64,000 nt of DNA from Paraspadella gotoi (GCA_051294375.1 CM119268.1:1291218-1355217); one strand, 5' to 3'. Positions 1 through 13,600 are shown, counted from the first letter of the stretch. The notes: a model not told the origin generated them from the sequence alone. A program made the numbers and translations.

Positions 1-1332
1 GGGTAATTCCTCTTCTTGTAAAGCATAAAGGGCATCATAATTTTCAATCCAGCGAGATTTACTTATTCTCATTTCATCTCTAGATTCATCCAAATCGTTT
101 TCTAGATTGCCTTCAATTTTGTTAACCATATTTTCATTTGTTAAATCTATTTTTCTTTCATCATTATCTTCAACTAAATAACCATTTTCGACTGGGCATT
201 CAGATGGAAGTAATTCATCTTCTTGTAAAGCATAAAGGGCATCATAATTTTCAAACCATTGACGCTTATGAGGTATTTCATCTTCAGAATCAACCCTATC
301 ATTTTCTACATAACTATCAATATTTTCATTTTCAAAGATTTTCTTTTCGTCCTCAACCTTAACCTTAACATCTTTTTTTTCTTGACATTTAGCTTGAGGA
401 AATTCATCCTCTTGTGCCGCACGAGGTTGAGATTCAGATTCATCAATGGAACCATCATTTTCCTTTTGAACTATAGTTTTCTTTAACTTTTCTTCTTGTG
501 AATCATAAAAAGAATGTTCATCAACCCAATCAGTATTTACGATATTTTCTTCATTTTCAGTTATTATCGTTTTGTTGATTAATTCACTGTCATTCTGAAA
601 TTTAGGTTGGGTAATTTCTTCATTAGTTAAGGCATCACGAGCATCTCTTACATCTTGGTTATGATCAGAAGATAATACATCGTCCTGTAAAGCATAAAGA
701 GTATCATAATTTAAAATCCATCCAGGCTCAGTTGTAGATTTATAAGCTACTTCAACATAATTCCCATCAATATTTTCAATATCCTTGCCAACAAAATTTT
801 TAGGTAATATTTTTTTATGAAAATTATCTGTATTTTCATCAGCTTTTGGTTGAATAATTTCTTCTGCTTGTAAAACATGCAAAGCATCATAAGTTTCAAG
901 CCATTGAGGTCTGGATATTTTTTTTAAATTATCAACAGACTCAATAAAATAATTTTTATTTTTATTCGTCTCACATACATGATTTTTACCATGATCAATC
1001 AATGACTCACTTTCTTTTTCATCCTTTAATGCATAAAGCATATCATAATTTTTTATCAATTTATTTTCTGTAATTATAGATACATTTTCATTTCTAGTAC
1101 TTAGACTTAAATTATGACACATTGAAAGAACTTTATTTGTATCATAGCAAATTTCATTATAATCTTGGGATGTATCATCTTCCTCCAGTGCATAAAGAGC
1201 ATCATAATTTATAAACCAGTCAGGTTTTAAGACTGTACACTTTGTGATTTTATTCATATCATCAACCTTCATTACCTGCTTAGTTTCTTTACTTTCTTGA
1301 CTGATTGATGTGTCTTGAGATAAATCATTCTT
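1..1332 (-). CDS. Gene A large 3' exon (runs off window edge): acidic disordered region with WxENYDxLYALQE-type repeats
   Basis: Manually translated stop-free frame of 444 codons, KNDLSQDTS...KSRWIENYDALYALQEEELP (absent from the ORF track because it has no stop in the window); acceptor ttctgcag at 1333; phase 0 matches the upstream exon ending CAG|GT at 2307. Confidence 0.85.
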
Positions 1333-2306
1333 CTGCAGAAAAAAAATGAAAATTCTTTTCTATTATTTCTATCATTAACTAAATATTATTCGGGAATTTG
1401 AAAAATCTAAACTGAATGTTTGGATATAAGATTTTAGTCGGTTCTGCTTATTGCAGATTCCGACTCTATAATTCACTTTGTTGGTCCGTTGGTCCCATCC
1501 AAATATCTTGTGATTAAATCATTTAGATCATATCAGAACCTCAAATTATGATATATTATGCAAAAAAAATAATGTTCACTCATCCATCTCCAACTCGCAT
1601 TCAACTTCAAATACTCGTGATATGATGGATGGATTGGAATAAGATTTTGTGTGTGGGTAGGAGAGTGTGTGATTGGGTGGGATATAAAGTTTCAATGGAC
1701 TCGTGCAAGTGGAAATGAGTTTAAATTGAAAAAAAGTCACATTCACTTAAAGTTTTTTTTTATTTACTCATAATTAATATAATAATATAAAATTATTTGC
1801 AAAATAAAAATCTTTCCCTAATATATTTTTTAAAAATTTGATTAATAAATTGAAATGAAATTTTTTGTGTGGGTTGGAAAGTATGTAATTAAGCTGGATA
1901 TAATTTTTTAATGGAATCGTAGGAAAAGAATTTTAATTCGAAAATCAAAAGATACATTTATTTAAATTTTTAAAAGTTTCTCTCTCTCTATCTCTCTCTG
2001 ATTGATTGATTGACTGATTGAAGATTGGGAAGAGATGATTGGGAAAGAACGATTTTGAATTGACATTTTTTTCATGAATTTATTTTTAAAATAATTTTGC
2101 TGGCAATATTACTATACTAGTAATTTTTTGTTTCATGTTATGATCACAAATTAAAAGACTCATCATAACTTATTATCTGGTTACCTGCTCACCGCTAAGT
2201 TATCGTCGGCAGATCCGACATTGTTTGCTCAAATATGTTTTTCAAGATATTACAAAGCATGAACCATTATAATTATAAATAAGAATTAAAACATTCTTTT
2301 TTTTAC

Positions 2307-2938
2307 CTGATATTTGTCCATCCAGTGAATAGCAGGCAAGGACATGAATTCGTGTTTCATATCTTCTGAATGTTTTACATCATTTTGAATATGATTCAAA
2401 ATTTCTTCTTGACATAATCTATCTTCTTCCACTTCATAATTAATACCAGTTTTTTTATTATTAATTTTTAAATGGGCAGTTTTTTCCCCAGTTTTTAATT
2501 TAGTGTCCTTTATTTCTTTTCCCACTTTATTTAAATTTGGCGGTTTTTCAGATGATTTATGTGCTAACAAATCGCTGTTAGCTTTATGTTTACTTGATGA
2601 ATGATCTTCATTTTTCTTTAAATGGGGTGCACACTCTTCAGCTAATGAGTTTAAACTTCCAGTACTCTTTGCCAGACTCGTGTCTTTTAATTTCAGATCA
2701 GTTCCATTTAATCCCTTGATCTTGGATTTATCAGAAACTATTATACGCTTTCTATTATTTGCATTACTAAGTAGATTTAATTTTTTATTTAATTCTTTGT
2801 AAGCTTCTGTGATATAACCTTCATCATCATCAACATCTCTTATATTTTGAGTCACAGCAACATTATTATCATAGTTAGCAGGTATTTTGGAAAATATCTG
2901 CTCACCTTTGTCTTGAAGATCTTCTGAATGTCCACTTC
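2307..2938 (-). CDS. Gene A exon, low-complexity K/N/E-rich linker
   Basis: Within ORF 2286..2969; acceptor ttttttag|GA at 2939 and donor CAG|GTAAAA at 2306; phases match both neighbours (67-bp intron 2939..3005). Confidence 0.85.
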
Positions 2939-3005
2939 CTAAAAAAATATATATAAAATTAAAAACCATTTACACCATACAACATTGTAAGTGAAAAAAC
3001 CCTAC

Positions 3006-5227
3006 CTGGTAAGCCATGCTTTTGATCAACAGGACAGAGATTGTTCTCGTCATCATCTCTTAATTCATAATTCTTGAAATTTGAAAGAGTATCTGAATCT
3101 ACTTTTTTGTCATTCAAGTCCTCATTTAATAAAGTATCTTCAGTTACTTGTGACTCATTTTCAGGAATTTCAATTTCAGTTTCATATGTTTCTACATCGC
3201 TATTCAAACTTTTACCCTGTAATTTAGGATTTTCTTTATTATTGTCTGGTTTTTTTGTTTCAAAATTTATATTATCTTGACAAATATCTACTTCCTTTGC
3301 AATCTGTTTTTCCTCCATTTTATTATGAACTTGGCTATTCTCTTTTAATTGATATAAGCTATCCTCGTCTGGTTTTTCTTTAGCTTCTGCTTGTAATTCA
3401 TACAAACTATCAAAATTTTCCCCCCATCTCTTTGGTTTTTCCTCTTCTTCTTCTTCTTCTTCTTCTTCTTTTTCTTCTCCTTCATCTTTTACCACTTCAA
3501 TATCTTCTTTTAATTCATACAAGTTTTCAAAATTTTCCCCCCATCTCTTTGGTTTTTCCTCTTCTTCTTCTTCTTCTTCTTCTTCTTCTTCTTCTTTTTC
3601 TTCTCCTTCATCTTTTAAAGCTTCAATATCTTCTTGTAATTCATACAAGTTTTCAAAATTTTCCCCCCATCTCTTTGATTTATCTTCCTCTTTTACTTTG
3701 TTGTTAGCAACTTCAGTATCTTCTTGCAACTCATACAAAATATGCAAAATTTTCCCCCCATTCTTTGGTTTGTTTTTCTTCTTCTTCTTCTTCTTTTGTT
3801 AGCAACTTCAGTATCTCTTCTTGCAACTCATACAAGCTATCAAAATTTTCCCCCCACCTCTTTGGTTGTAATTCTTCTTCTACTTCTTCTTCGTTAGCAA
3901 CTTCAGTATCTCTTGCAACTCATACAAACTATCAAAATTTTCCCCCACCTCTTTGGTTGTTTTTCTTCTTCTACTTCTTCTTCATTATTAACTTCAGTAT
4001 CTTCTTGCAACTCATACAAACTATCAAAATTTTCCCCCCACCTCTTTGGTTGTTTTTCTTCTTCCACTTCTTCTTCATTATTAACATCAGTATCTTCTTG
4101 CAACTCATACAAATTATCAAAATTTTCTCCCCACCTCTTTGGTTGTTTTTCTTCTTCTACTTCTTCTTCATTAGCAGCTTCAGTCGCTTGCAATTCATAT
4201 AAGTTATCAAAATTTTCTCCCCATCTTTTTGGCTTTATTTCTTCTTCTTCTTCTTCTTCTTCTTCTTCTTCTTTCAGAGCTTCAGAATCTTCTTGTAATT
4301 CATATAAACGGTCAAAGTTTTCACCCCATCTCTTTGGTTTTTCTTCAGCTTCATTCCGCTCAGCATCTTCTGATTTTAATTTGTATAAACTATCATAATT
4401 TTCTCCCCAGATTTTGTTTTGGAAATTACTTTTACCTTGAAGGTCCTCAGTATCAACCTTATGATTTTCTACTTCATCAACCTCATCAAATCTCGAAGTC
4501 TCATCCAATCCATTCATCTTTGATTCTCCAGAAAGATAATCTTCAGAATAAGTTTCTAGATTAAAATCAAGATTATCATAGTTAACACTCTCTCCATATC
4601 TCTTTGGTTCAGGAAAGCCTTCCCATTGCAAAGAAACATTTAGGTCATCCTCTTCACTGGTTTGATCCAAAGATTCTGTCTCATCAGTTTCTGAACTGCA
4701 TTCCTTCCAAAAAGTTGAAGACTTTTCACTTTGATCAGATTGCTGATTTCCTGAAGAAGAAAAAGAACTTAAACTAATTTTTACCAAATCATTTGATGAT
4801 TCGATCTGAGTATCATCATTGCTGATTTCTCCATAATTTTTACTTAAGATAATTTCAGAGTGAGAATTAGAATCATATATTTTTGATTTTTTACACAATA
4901 CAGTTTTTTCATCACGAGACCTTTTTGTTTCGGAATTTAAAGAGTTTGTGCTACCATTTTTCATTTGAGGGTTAGTAACATTTATCAATTGTGAATGATC
5001 ATTAGCTTCATTTAAAGAACTATTCGATACAGATAACTCTTTATTTGAGCCACTTTTTGACTTATGTACAAGCGGCCCAAAAAATGATTCCCCTTTTTTC
5101 CAGAAAAAATTTTTTATTTTCTCGAACATATGGTCCGGAGCTTCAACCTTATCCAATCCAATATGATTGGAATTCACGGATGATGTGTCTGTTGTGGGAT
5201 CAGTAGAAGATGTACCAATCAGATGCT
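3006..5227 (-). CDS. Gene A giant exon with ~11 KPKRWGENFDxLYELQE repeats separated by poly-Glu
   Basis: ORFs 3903..5177 and 2959..3747 are one repeat protein broken by frameshifts near 3750-3950 (probable sequencing errors); acceptor attacag at 5228, donor CCAG|GTAGGG at 3005. Confidence 0.8.
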
Positions 5228-6289
5228 CTGTAATAATACAAAATTACATTAAATAACTAAAAATTGTGAATTCAAAACTTTTGAATAAACTAAAAAAATT
5301 TTAGCCATTTTGCTAGTAATGAGAAATTCAATAATAATAATAATAATAATAATAATATAATTTTATTAATAAAAATTCGTACTGAAAGCATAGCTGCTAA
5401 AATTTTTTTATTAAAATAACTATAGAAATTAAGAAGTTATGAAGGTGTTAAACTTAAAAACTTTACACATCCCATTGCAAAAGGACACAGCATTATACCG
5501 ACATATACGTAGCAACCTGCTTTAAATAAAGCATAAACTTTTTTAAAGCAAAGTTCAGGCGGGTAAAATCATACAAAAATCTCATGATTACAATTTCTTG
5601 TAATCATATCGAAGGATATTTTGTTAAAAAGTAACTTTAATTCCCTCGATGGATAATTTTAGAAAATCTTGTTTATATGACTTTCAACTGACAAAAATAG
5701 AATTGTAGAACATAAACTGGTCTACAATTTCTTCAAAAGCTAAAATTATTTAATGCAAAAAGCAAAGAAGGTGACATCCAAGGAAAAGATAAAGTACAGT
5801 AATCTGAGAGAGACGAAAATGACTGTAAATAGATTACATGATGCTACAAAGCGAAAAATCTAAGAGGCAGAGAAAATGAAATTAGTTCATTGAAAACTTT
5901 TAAAATTATTTATTCTATGAAATGAAATTTTATCTCTTACTGGTTTCAAGAATTTGGAATCGAAATCGAATATTATAGTATATAAAAGAGCTCATTGACC
6001 CATACCAGTTAAACAGTTAAGGAAGTTTAAAAAAATTTTAAAAAACAGAAGAAACATAATTTTCAATAAAGTTAAAAACAAATTCATTATAATAAGTTAT
6101 TAAATTTATGTTATTTCCGTTTTAACTTTAATTAATATAGAAACACATCATTTTCTTCCTCCACAGTTTTTTGAGCACAACATAGATTTGAAGAAAAACT
6201 ACTATGTTTAGAGACAAATTATTTTAAAAAAGAAGAAAGAGAAAAACAAGAAAAACGAGAAAATAAGAGATAAAGAAAAAGAGAATGAG

Positions 6290-6809
6290 ATGAGAGTGAC
6301 AACCCAGATAAAAATCAATGAGGTTTAGAGAAAAATAGAAAATAAGAGAGAAAGAGAAAGAAGATGAGATCGACAACACAGATAAAAATCAATGAGGTTA
6401 AGATAAAAACAAAAAATAAGAGATAAAGATAAAGATAAAGGGAATGAAATAAGAGCGACAACACATAAAATCAATGAGGTTAAGAGAAAAAGAGAAAATA
6501 AGAGATAAAGAGAAAGAAAATGAGATAGAGATGAGAGCGACAACACAGATAAAAATCAATGAAGTTAAGAGAAAAACAGAAAATAAGAGATAAAGAGAAA
6601 GAGATAGAGATGAGAGCGACAACACAGATAAAAATCAATGAGGTTAAGAGAAAAACAGAAAATAAGAGATAAAGAGAAAGAGATAGAGATGAGAGCGATA
6701 ACACAGATAAAAATCAATTAGGTTAAGAGAAAAACAGAAAATAAGATATAAGGAGAAAGAAAATAAGATAGAGATGAGAGCGACAACACAGATAAAAATC
6801 AATGAGGTT
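6290..6809. repeat. Intronic minisatellite, ~79-bp unit, ~7 copies
   Basis: Recurring gagatgagagcgacaacacagataaaaatcaatgaggttaagagaaaa unit. Confidence 0.9.
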
Positions 6810-6816
6810 TCGTTAC

Positions 6817-6896
6817 CGTCAATCGAATCTTCTTCGTCTTCAGATTCCGAGACAAATCGTCGAGTCTCGATAGACGGATCGATGGAGCGAAATAAC
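6817..6896 (-). CDS. Gene A exon (LFRSIDPSIETRRFVSESEDEEDSID)
   Basis: AG acceptor at 6897, G|GTAACG donor; phases 2/1 match neighbours. Confidence 0.75.
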
Positions 6897-7300
6897 CTGA
6901 CATCGACGATAAATTATTAAGGACAACTTTAAAGTTTAAACCTGACATGAATGTGAAAAAAATATTCACAAAATTAATCCTGAAATTAATGTTAAATTAT
7001 CAACAAGTTAGATTTAAATCGGACATGTAGTAAACATAAACCTCACTTCCAGATAAAAACTTTTCAACAACTCTAATGATAAATTTAAACAAATTTTAAC
7101 CTGAAATTAACATAATACTATATACAACTTTAACGAATAGATAAAATTAAGGTTAAGTTTAATTTGGAACAAGTCGTCACTTATCAATCGTCATCTCTTT
7201 CAAGTTTTATGCCATCATGATTTGAAACAATTTATTATAAACAACATACAGTTCCTATGATTTCAACTATTTCATCCTTCATGAACAAAACGACCTTCAC

Positions 7301-7439
7301 CTTCCTCTCTCGTCGAGATTCAACACCGGCGCCTCCGCCTCCTCCACCCGGATGTCGACAGGGATGCTGGAGGGATGTTTGAACCCGCGCTCCCCCGGAT
7401 CTAACCTAGCGTCGAGGATTGATCGTGGCACGCTGTGAT
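7301..7439 (-). CDS. Gene A exon (HSVPRSILDARLDPGERGFKHPSSIPVDIRVEEAEAPVLNLDERGR)
   Basis: GC-rich island with ttttttag acceptor and AG|GTGAAG donor; open frame. Confidence 0.75.
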
Positions 7440-7534
7440 CTAAAAAATAACAAACATTTTCCTTGAATTCTTGAATTAATACGTATAAAAATTTGTTCCT
7501 TTATCCCAGAATTTAATATATTCGTAAACTAATT

Positions 7535-7680
7535 AACCTATCCCTAACCCTAATTCTTAAACATAATCCCTCACCCTTATCCTTAATCCATAACCCTAAT
7601 CCCTAATTTCTAACCCTAACCTTTAAAATTAAACTTTATACTAATCAAAATCCATAAACCTAATCACAAACTAAACTAAA
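7535..7680. repeat. Degenerate CCCTAA/TTAGGG-like tract (related tracts at 21420-21560 and 28060-28200, opposite orientation)
   Basis: Imperfect taaccc/ttaggg units in introns. Confidence 0.55.
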
Positions 7681-8025
7681 AAATATTAACCTCATTCCGA
7701 ATTTAAGATAAGATAAAATAAAATAAAATATGGCCAAAGTATTTTATGGATTTCTATTTTAGGTACAATTTTTCATTTTTTTTTTGTTTTTGGTTGTTTT
7801 TCTACATTGATTTATTTTTTCAATATTTAATTAATTAATTTATTTATTTAATTAATTAACAAAAACATTAATTAATTAATTTATTTGTTCATCTCTACCT
7901 GCCATAATTCTTCCTCTACATATTCCTCTATATAACTATTTCTCTCTCCATTTTCCCGTTGTTGTCTCATTGTCTCTCCCTTAACTCCCTACCCTTACCA
8001 TTTGTAACTCCCGATATCTTTTGCC

Positions 8026-8089
<64 letters not shown>

Positions 8090-8118
8090 GCGTCTCTCCC
8101 TTTTTTCCTTATCGTCAC

Positions 8119-8298
8119 CCCGTCATCTTGAGAGCGGCGGCCCCGGCGGCGCTGGCGTCGTCAATCCGGCCGTCCTCCTCCAAAAATGGCGGAGTGGGCG
8201 TGGCCGAACGCGATCGATCGAAGATGTCCTTCTCTCCTTTGACGAAAGTGTCGTAGACGCGGATGACGTCGTGGGATTCCAGGCGACGGCGATGCGCT
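8119..8298 (-). CDS. Gene A exon (AHRRRLESHDVIRVYDTFVKGEKDIFDRSRSATPTPP...)
   Basis: GC-rich, cccacag acceptor, phase matches the upstream exon; donor phase is off by 1 nt in a G run (likely homopolymer error). Confidence 0.65.
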
Positions 8299-8308
8299 CT
8301 GTGGGAAT

Positions 8309-8361
<53 letters not shown>

Positions 8362-8968
8362 GATGGGGAAAGAAAGCGACAGACGGATAGAGAAACTCAA
8401 TATTTATTTATTTATTTATATTTAGTTTTAAACAATACAACGAAGGTATCTAATTTCCCCCTCAAAAAATGTATTCTTCTCCAAGAAAAATTTTGCATTG
8501 AAAAAGAGCATGAGCATAGATTATATCATTAAAATATTGTTTTTCAAAAATTATTTTTTCTGAGGGTACTAGCCTAATTAAAATTATTTTATTACTATAT
8601 AAATAAAAAAAATATTTTTTTTAAATCTTAAATTTTTTTGATGGATTCTGATAGAAAAAAAAAATTTTGGCCTTTCCTATCTATAAATAAATATTAAAAA
8701 ATTAATTATTAGGGTATAGAGCCATATAAGAAATTTTTTGTCCATTGAAAGTATAATTAAAAATGTATAAATTTTCGTTTGAGCTTATACTCACTCTAAA
8801 TTTTTGACTCACTCTATTAAGTGCGGCTACCCCTACTGAAGTCAGAAAATCTTTTTCAAAACTCTGAATCTCTGGTTTTTTAAAATTTCTCCTCTTGTTC
8901 TTTTGTTTTTAAATGGAGAGGAGACGAAGGAAGAAGAAATGAAAGGCTGATAGTGAGAGAGAGAGAGG

Positions 8969-9008
<40 letters not shown>

Positions 9009-9603
9009 AGAGTAAGAGAAAGGTAGAAAATAAGACGTACACATTAAGACGGGCCAGAATTTAACATTTTTTACAATATGAAATGGTCTGCAATAAAAGT
9101 CTAAAAAACCTTAAAGAATCATCATCATCGTTACCATTCATTAAATTTGATAGTTTTTGTTAATTTTTATAGACAAATCAATAAAATTTTTAAAAATTAT
9201 GATAAAAACCTTCGTCTAACTTTTCAAGCCGTATCAGAATCTAATAAAAAATAAATAAAATGGACCCAAAAATTTTTTTGACATTATATAGTATTTGAAT
9301 AATATAAAATAGCATCCATGCGTTTAACTATAAAATAAATCTTAATTTTTTTTAAATTTTCATGATCTTTAATAAACATATTAACAATATTTATACGGGA
9401 CTTCTGTTAGTTTGCAACCTGTTCCGCCTTAGTACACATATATCCAGAGACAGACAGACAAAGAGACAGAAAGACAAAAAATTTAGAGAGACTGATAGAG
9501 CAAGACAGATAAGAGGTACACAGACTGACGGATGGAGAGAACTACCGACAGATAATAGAGTGAGAAAATTGAGAGCGGACGAGAACGACGTTAGATGATT
9601 TTA

Positions 9604-9895
9604 AACATCTAAACATCTAAAACCCTAAACATATAAATATCTAAACATCTAAAGATCTAAACATCTAAAGATCTAAACATCTAAACATCTGAAGATCTAA
9701 ATATCTAAAGATCTAAACATCTAAAGATCTAAACATCTAAACATCTAAAGATCTAAACATCTGAAGATCTAAACATCTAAACATCTAAAGATCTAAACAT
9801 CTGAAGATCTAAACATCTAAACATCTAAAAATCTAAACATCTAAAGATATAAACATCTAAAGATCTAAAGATCTAAACATCTAAACATCTAAAAA
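9604..9895. repeat. Tandem array of 8-bp units aaacatct/aaagatct
   Basis: About 35 alternating units directly visible. Confidence 0.95.
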
Positions 9896-9959
9896 CTTTG
9901 ATCTTTCCCGTTTAGCGAAGAAAGAATGAAATTCTAGTCATGTAACAAGGACGACCAAC

Positions 9960-10146
9960 CTGTACTCCTTGAGCAGTCTCTTAATCTCTTTCTCGACGAC
10001 TTGGAAATTGGCCATTTCCGAATAAGCGCCCCCCTCGGGGTAGAAGATGTTCAGGTACTGTTCCGGGGTGATGGTGGTGACCGTGTCGGGTTCGCCCCAA
10101 GGGCGGGTCACGTAACTGAAGTAGGGGTACTGGTTGGGCCGGATGC
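9960..10146 (-). CDS. Gene A exon, C-terminal part of unknown domain copy 2 (IRPNQYPYFSYVTRPWGEPDTVTTITPEQYLNIFYPEGGAYSEMANFQVVEKEIKRLLKEYR)
   Basis: 187-nt open frame, ctcag acceptor, AG|GTTGGT donor, strong GC3 bias, phases consistent on both sides. Confidence 0.85.
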
Positions 10147-10194
10147 CTGAGATACGGGGTTGCGGGAGTGTGAGAGAGAAGAGAGGGAGAGAGA

Positions 10195-10275
<81 letters not shown>

Positions 10276-11614
10276 TAATTGGGCCTTTATGACTTAAGAA
10301 CGGTCACATGTAGATTAAAGCCGAAAGCATTTTTAGAAACTTTATGATGTTAGGTTTCAATCGAGGACCGAAAAAGAAAAAGTTTTTATGAATTTTTTAT
10401 TCTCCGGAAAAAAAAAGGAAGAATTATTAGTAAAACTAGACTTTTAATAAATACTTGTATGTTGTTCTTTTAATAAAGATTTTTTTACATTAAAAAAAAG
10501 CCATGGAAAATTAGATTGAATCTCCGAGAAGAGAAAATCTTTTTTTTTACACTTGAAAATCATTTTGAAATGGAATTCTGACTTGAATCTACCAAGGTAT
10601 GAATAATAAATTTAGAAAATTAATTTCATACCTCGAGAAAAAGAAAAAAAACTTCGGGGGGGATATCAAGAAAAAAGGAAGTAATTATCCCTAATTTATT
10701 CCCACAAAAAAAGGAAGCCCTGTCAATAACAAAAAAGGAAGCCTTGTCAATAACAGAGATTGCCGAACTAATAAGGTCCTCGATCGAGTCGTAAAAAAAA
10801 AGTCAGTAGAAAAAAAATGGGCAGTTTATTATGGGCGTGAAGGCGAGACGATGACGACGATGACGATGACGACGACAACGATGTCATGAAAGGAAAATGA
10901 CACAAGCGCTCAACGTTTTCGGTCTTAAACTTTGTTTCTTTAAAGAACAAAAAATCGGAAAAGCGATTTATAATCGCATCACGGATGTGAAGCTCTCCTT
11001 ATCACGAGAGTGAGAATTAAAAGAAGGATAGAAAAAGAAGATTTAGATTATTTAGATTATGATCATGAGCGACAAGTGAGATATTAAAAAAAAAACAACA
11101 ATCGATAAACGATGACAGGCGACGCCAAAAAATGAGCGCCGAAGAAATTAGGGCGCCACGACCGAAGGTTCCAGTAAATGACAGCGCCGCGAAATGACCG
11201 CGCCGGAAAGAAACGGCTCCGGAGAAAAGACGGTGCCGGGTAATGACGGCGCTAAAATATTGAAGGCGCCCCACTTCGCCAAATAATTTATTTACCCTTA
11301 AATTTCCCCCTCAAAAAATGGTAAACAAAAAACAAATCCAAGGGGAAATTTATTTTCTTTTTTTTTTTTAAATTTAAACGGACGTCAACAAAGTGAACAA
11401 TAACAACGACGACGACGACCAACCAGGACGACAACTCTTTTGTTTCAGACCTAAAATTCCTAAAACTTCCGACTTCTCGTTTGTCATTCAGTGTCAACGA
11501 AAGTAGCATGGGTCATTCGAAAATAGAGTGGAGGGGTTGAGAAGGATAAACAACCTGTCATGTCGAGAGCTGCGTAGCCGGTCATGTCATGTCATGTTTA
11601 TAAGGATGAACAAC

Positions 11615-11755
11615 CTGTCATGTCGATGACCAGAGCCGGATAGCCGGTCGGGGCCAGGGGCACGGGGCCGTTGCAGACCTTGGGCTTGAGATTTTTGGCC
11701 GCGTAGTCGTCTCCGTGACGGAAGGGCGAAGGGTACAAGTTTTCGTGGATGATTT
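11615..11755 (-). CDS. Gene A exon (IIHENLYPSPFRHGDDYAAKNLKPKVCNGPVPLAPTGYPALVIDMT)
   Basis: 141 nt, ccgcag acceptor, G|GTTGTT donor, phase 1/1. Confidence 0.8.
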
Positions 11756-11795
11756 CTGCGGATGACGGGAGAAAATTGGCTCCGCTTTGTCTTCG

Positions 11796-11845
<50 letters not shown>

Positions 11846-11847
11846 AC

Positions 11848-11883
11848 CGATATTCCTGTGATAGTAAGGCATAGCTGGATCCA

Positions 11884-11960
<77 letters not shown>

Positions 11961-12083
11961 ACCGATATTCTGTGATAGTAAGGCATGGCTGGATCCACGA
12001 AGAGGTAGCGCTGAAGGAGTCCCTCGTAAGATTCGTAATCATCGACGTGAGCGAGTTTGTGAAAAAAGCAAAACTTGAGAATT
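11848..12083 (-). CDS. Gene A exon (HKLAHVDDYESYEGLLQRYLFVDPAMPYYHR...) with duplicated 3' end
   Basis: ttttcag acceptor; two GTGAGA donors (11962 and 11847), only the lower one gives the phase needed by the next exon. Confidence 0.65.
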
Positions 12084-12171
12084 CTGAAAAGAAATGTGAA
12101 AAGAAAATGTGAGGGAACAATGTTGAGACGTCGTCGTCGTCGTCGTCGTAAACATGAACTGTTAGATTAAG

Positions 12172-12244
<73 letters not shown>

Positions 12245-13449
12245 GGCTCACTGGCCCCACATTTCTCTGACCGAGCAAGACGTCTCTTAGTTTTTTCTCG
12301 GGGGGGGGATGATCTTCGACGTCGTGTCATTTAAGTCAATTAATATTATCTTTATATTATTATTAATATAAAGAATTTAAAAGTCTATTCATTCGCGACA
12401 AAGTAAAAGAGTTATTTGTCATTTTATTACAACAGGGATATTTTTTTGTTTTTCAGCGCAGAGAATGGAAAATACCACCATCATGCAAAAGTCTCTTCAA
12501 TAAACGATTTAAATCAACAAAATAAAAAAAAATAAGTAAAACAAGTAAAACATTTTTTTTATGCTTAGATTAACGAACGGGATAATTCAATTTGAAATTC
12601 CTTTTTTGTATTTTCAATTTATTTAACAGAAAAAGAAATGATTTCGCTCTAAACATTCTCCATTTTCTTTTCTTTATTTTTTTCGTTTCCTCGCCTCCAT
12701 TTTATTTTGACAAGAGAAATGGCGACGGCGGGCGATGGCGGACATCCCCTTTGACTGCCGAACGAATGCAATCAAAGTCCCGAAAAAAAAGGAAAAAAGG
12801 AAAAATGGAGAAAGAAAGATTCTTTTTCTCTCCTAATTGGTTTTTGCCATCGATCAAACGGAAGTCGAAGAATCGAAATAAAAGAATTGACAACAACAAC
12901 AACAACAGAAACAACAACAACAACAACTTAAAAACCAATAAAAATATTTTTGTGAATTTATTTTTTAATTTTGTAAATTATTGGGCACCAGTGAGCTATA
13001 TTTATATATAAATATATATATATTTAGCAATAAGTATATAATATGCTAAAATTTCAAAATGCAAATTTTTAAATTTTGGATTCCTTGCAAAAAGTATAAT
13101 TCTTTTTTGAAAATTCTTTCATTAAGTTGGTCAAGAATGTAAAAAACTATGTTTATGAAGCCAATTTTCAATTTCCAGTTTAAAAATATAGTTTTTATAA
13201 TTTTAACCTACTTAATATCATAATTTTTGAAAATTATTTATATTTTCTTTTATCAACTTTTTACAAGAAATATTAATCCGTTCTTAAAATTTTTAAAAAA
13301 AATTAAAAATTAAAATTTTGACATTATATTAGTAGTACTATATATAAATTGAGCTGATTGGGCTACTATATTCGTAAAAAAAACAACTACAGATTAGTAT
13401 TCACTAATATGATAGTTTTCAAGATTTTGATTCCAAACTTTCAGTTCAC

Positions 13450-13600
13450 CCTAGTGCCCATCACATCGGGGGGGGTGTGGGCAGACCGGAGACCCCGTTG
13501 AGAACCAGGCGACTGTTTTTGGCCAGATTCTCGCGGCCGGTCTCGCAGTGGGTGGGGGCCGGATGGAAAGAGGAAGGCGGCGGAAGGGGCAGCGGGAGCG
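13450..13600 (-). CDS. Probable gene A exon (THCETGRENLAKNSRLVLNGVSGLPTP...), frameshifted, boundaries uncertain
   Basis: GC-rich island ending in an AGG|GTGAAC donor; frame broken in a C homopolymer. Confidence 0.4.

Noticed and set aside
3410-4410. Neuropeptide/prohormone precursor (KR sites with acidic spacers)
   Set aside because: The exon splices to an LRR protein with no signal peptide, there are no G-KR amidation signals, and older motif copies in 1-1332 mostly lack the dibasic site.
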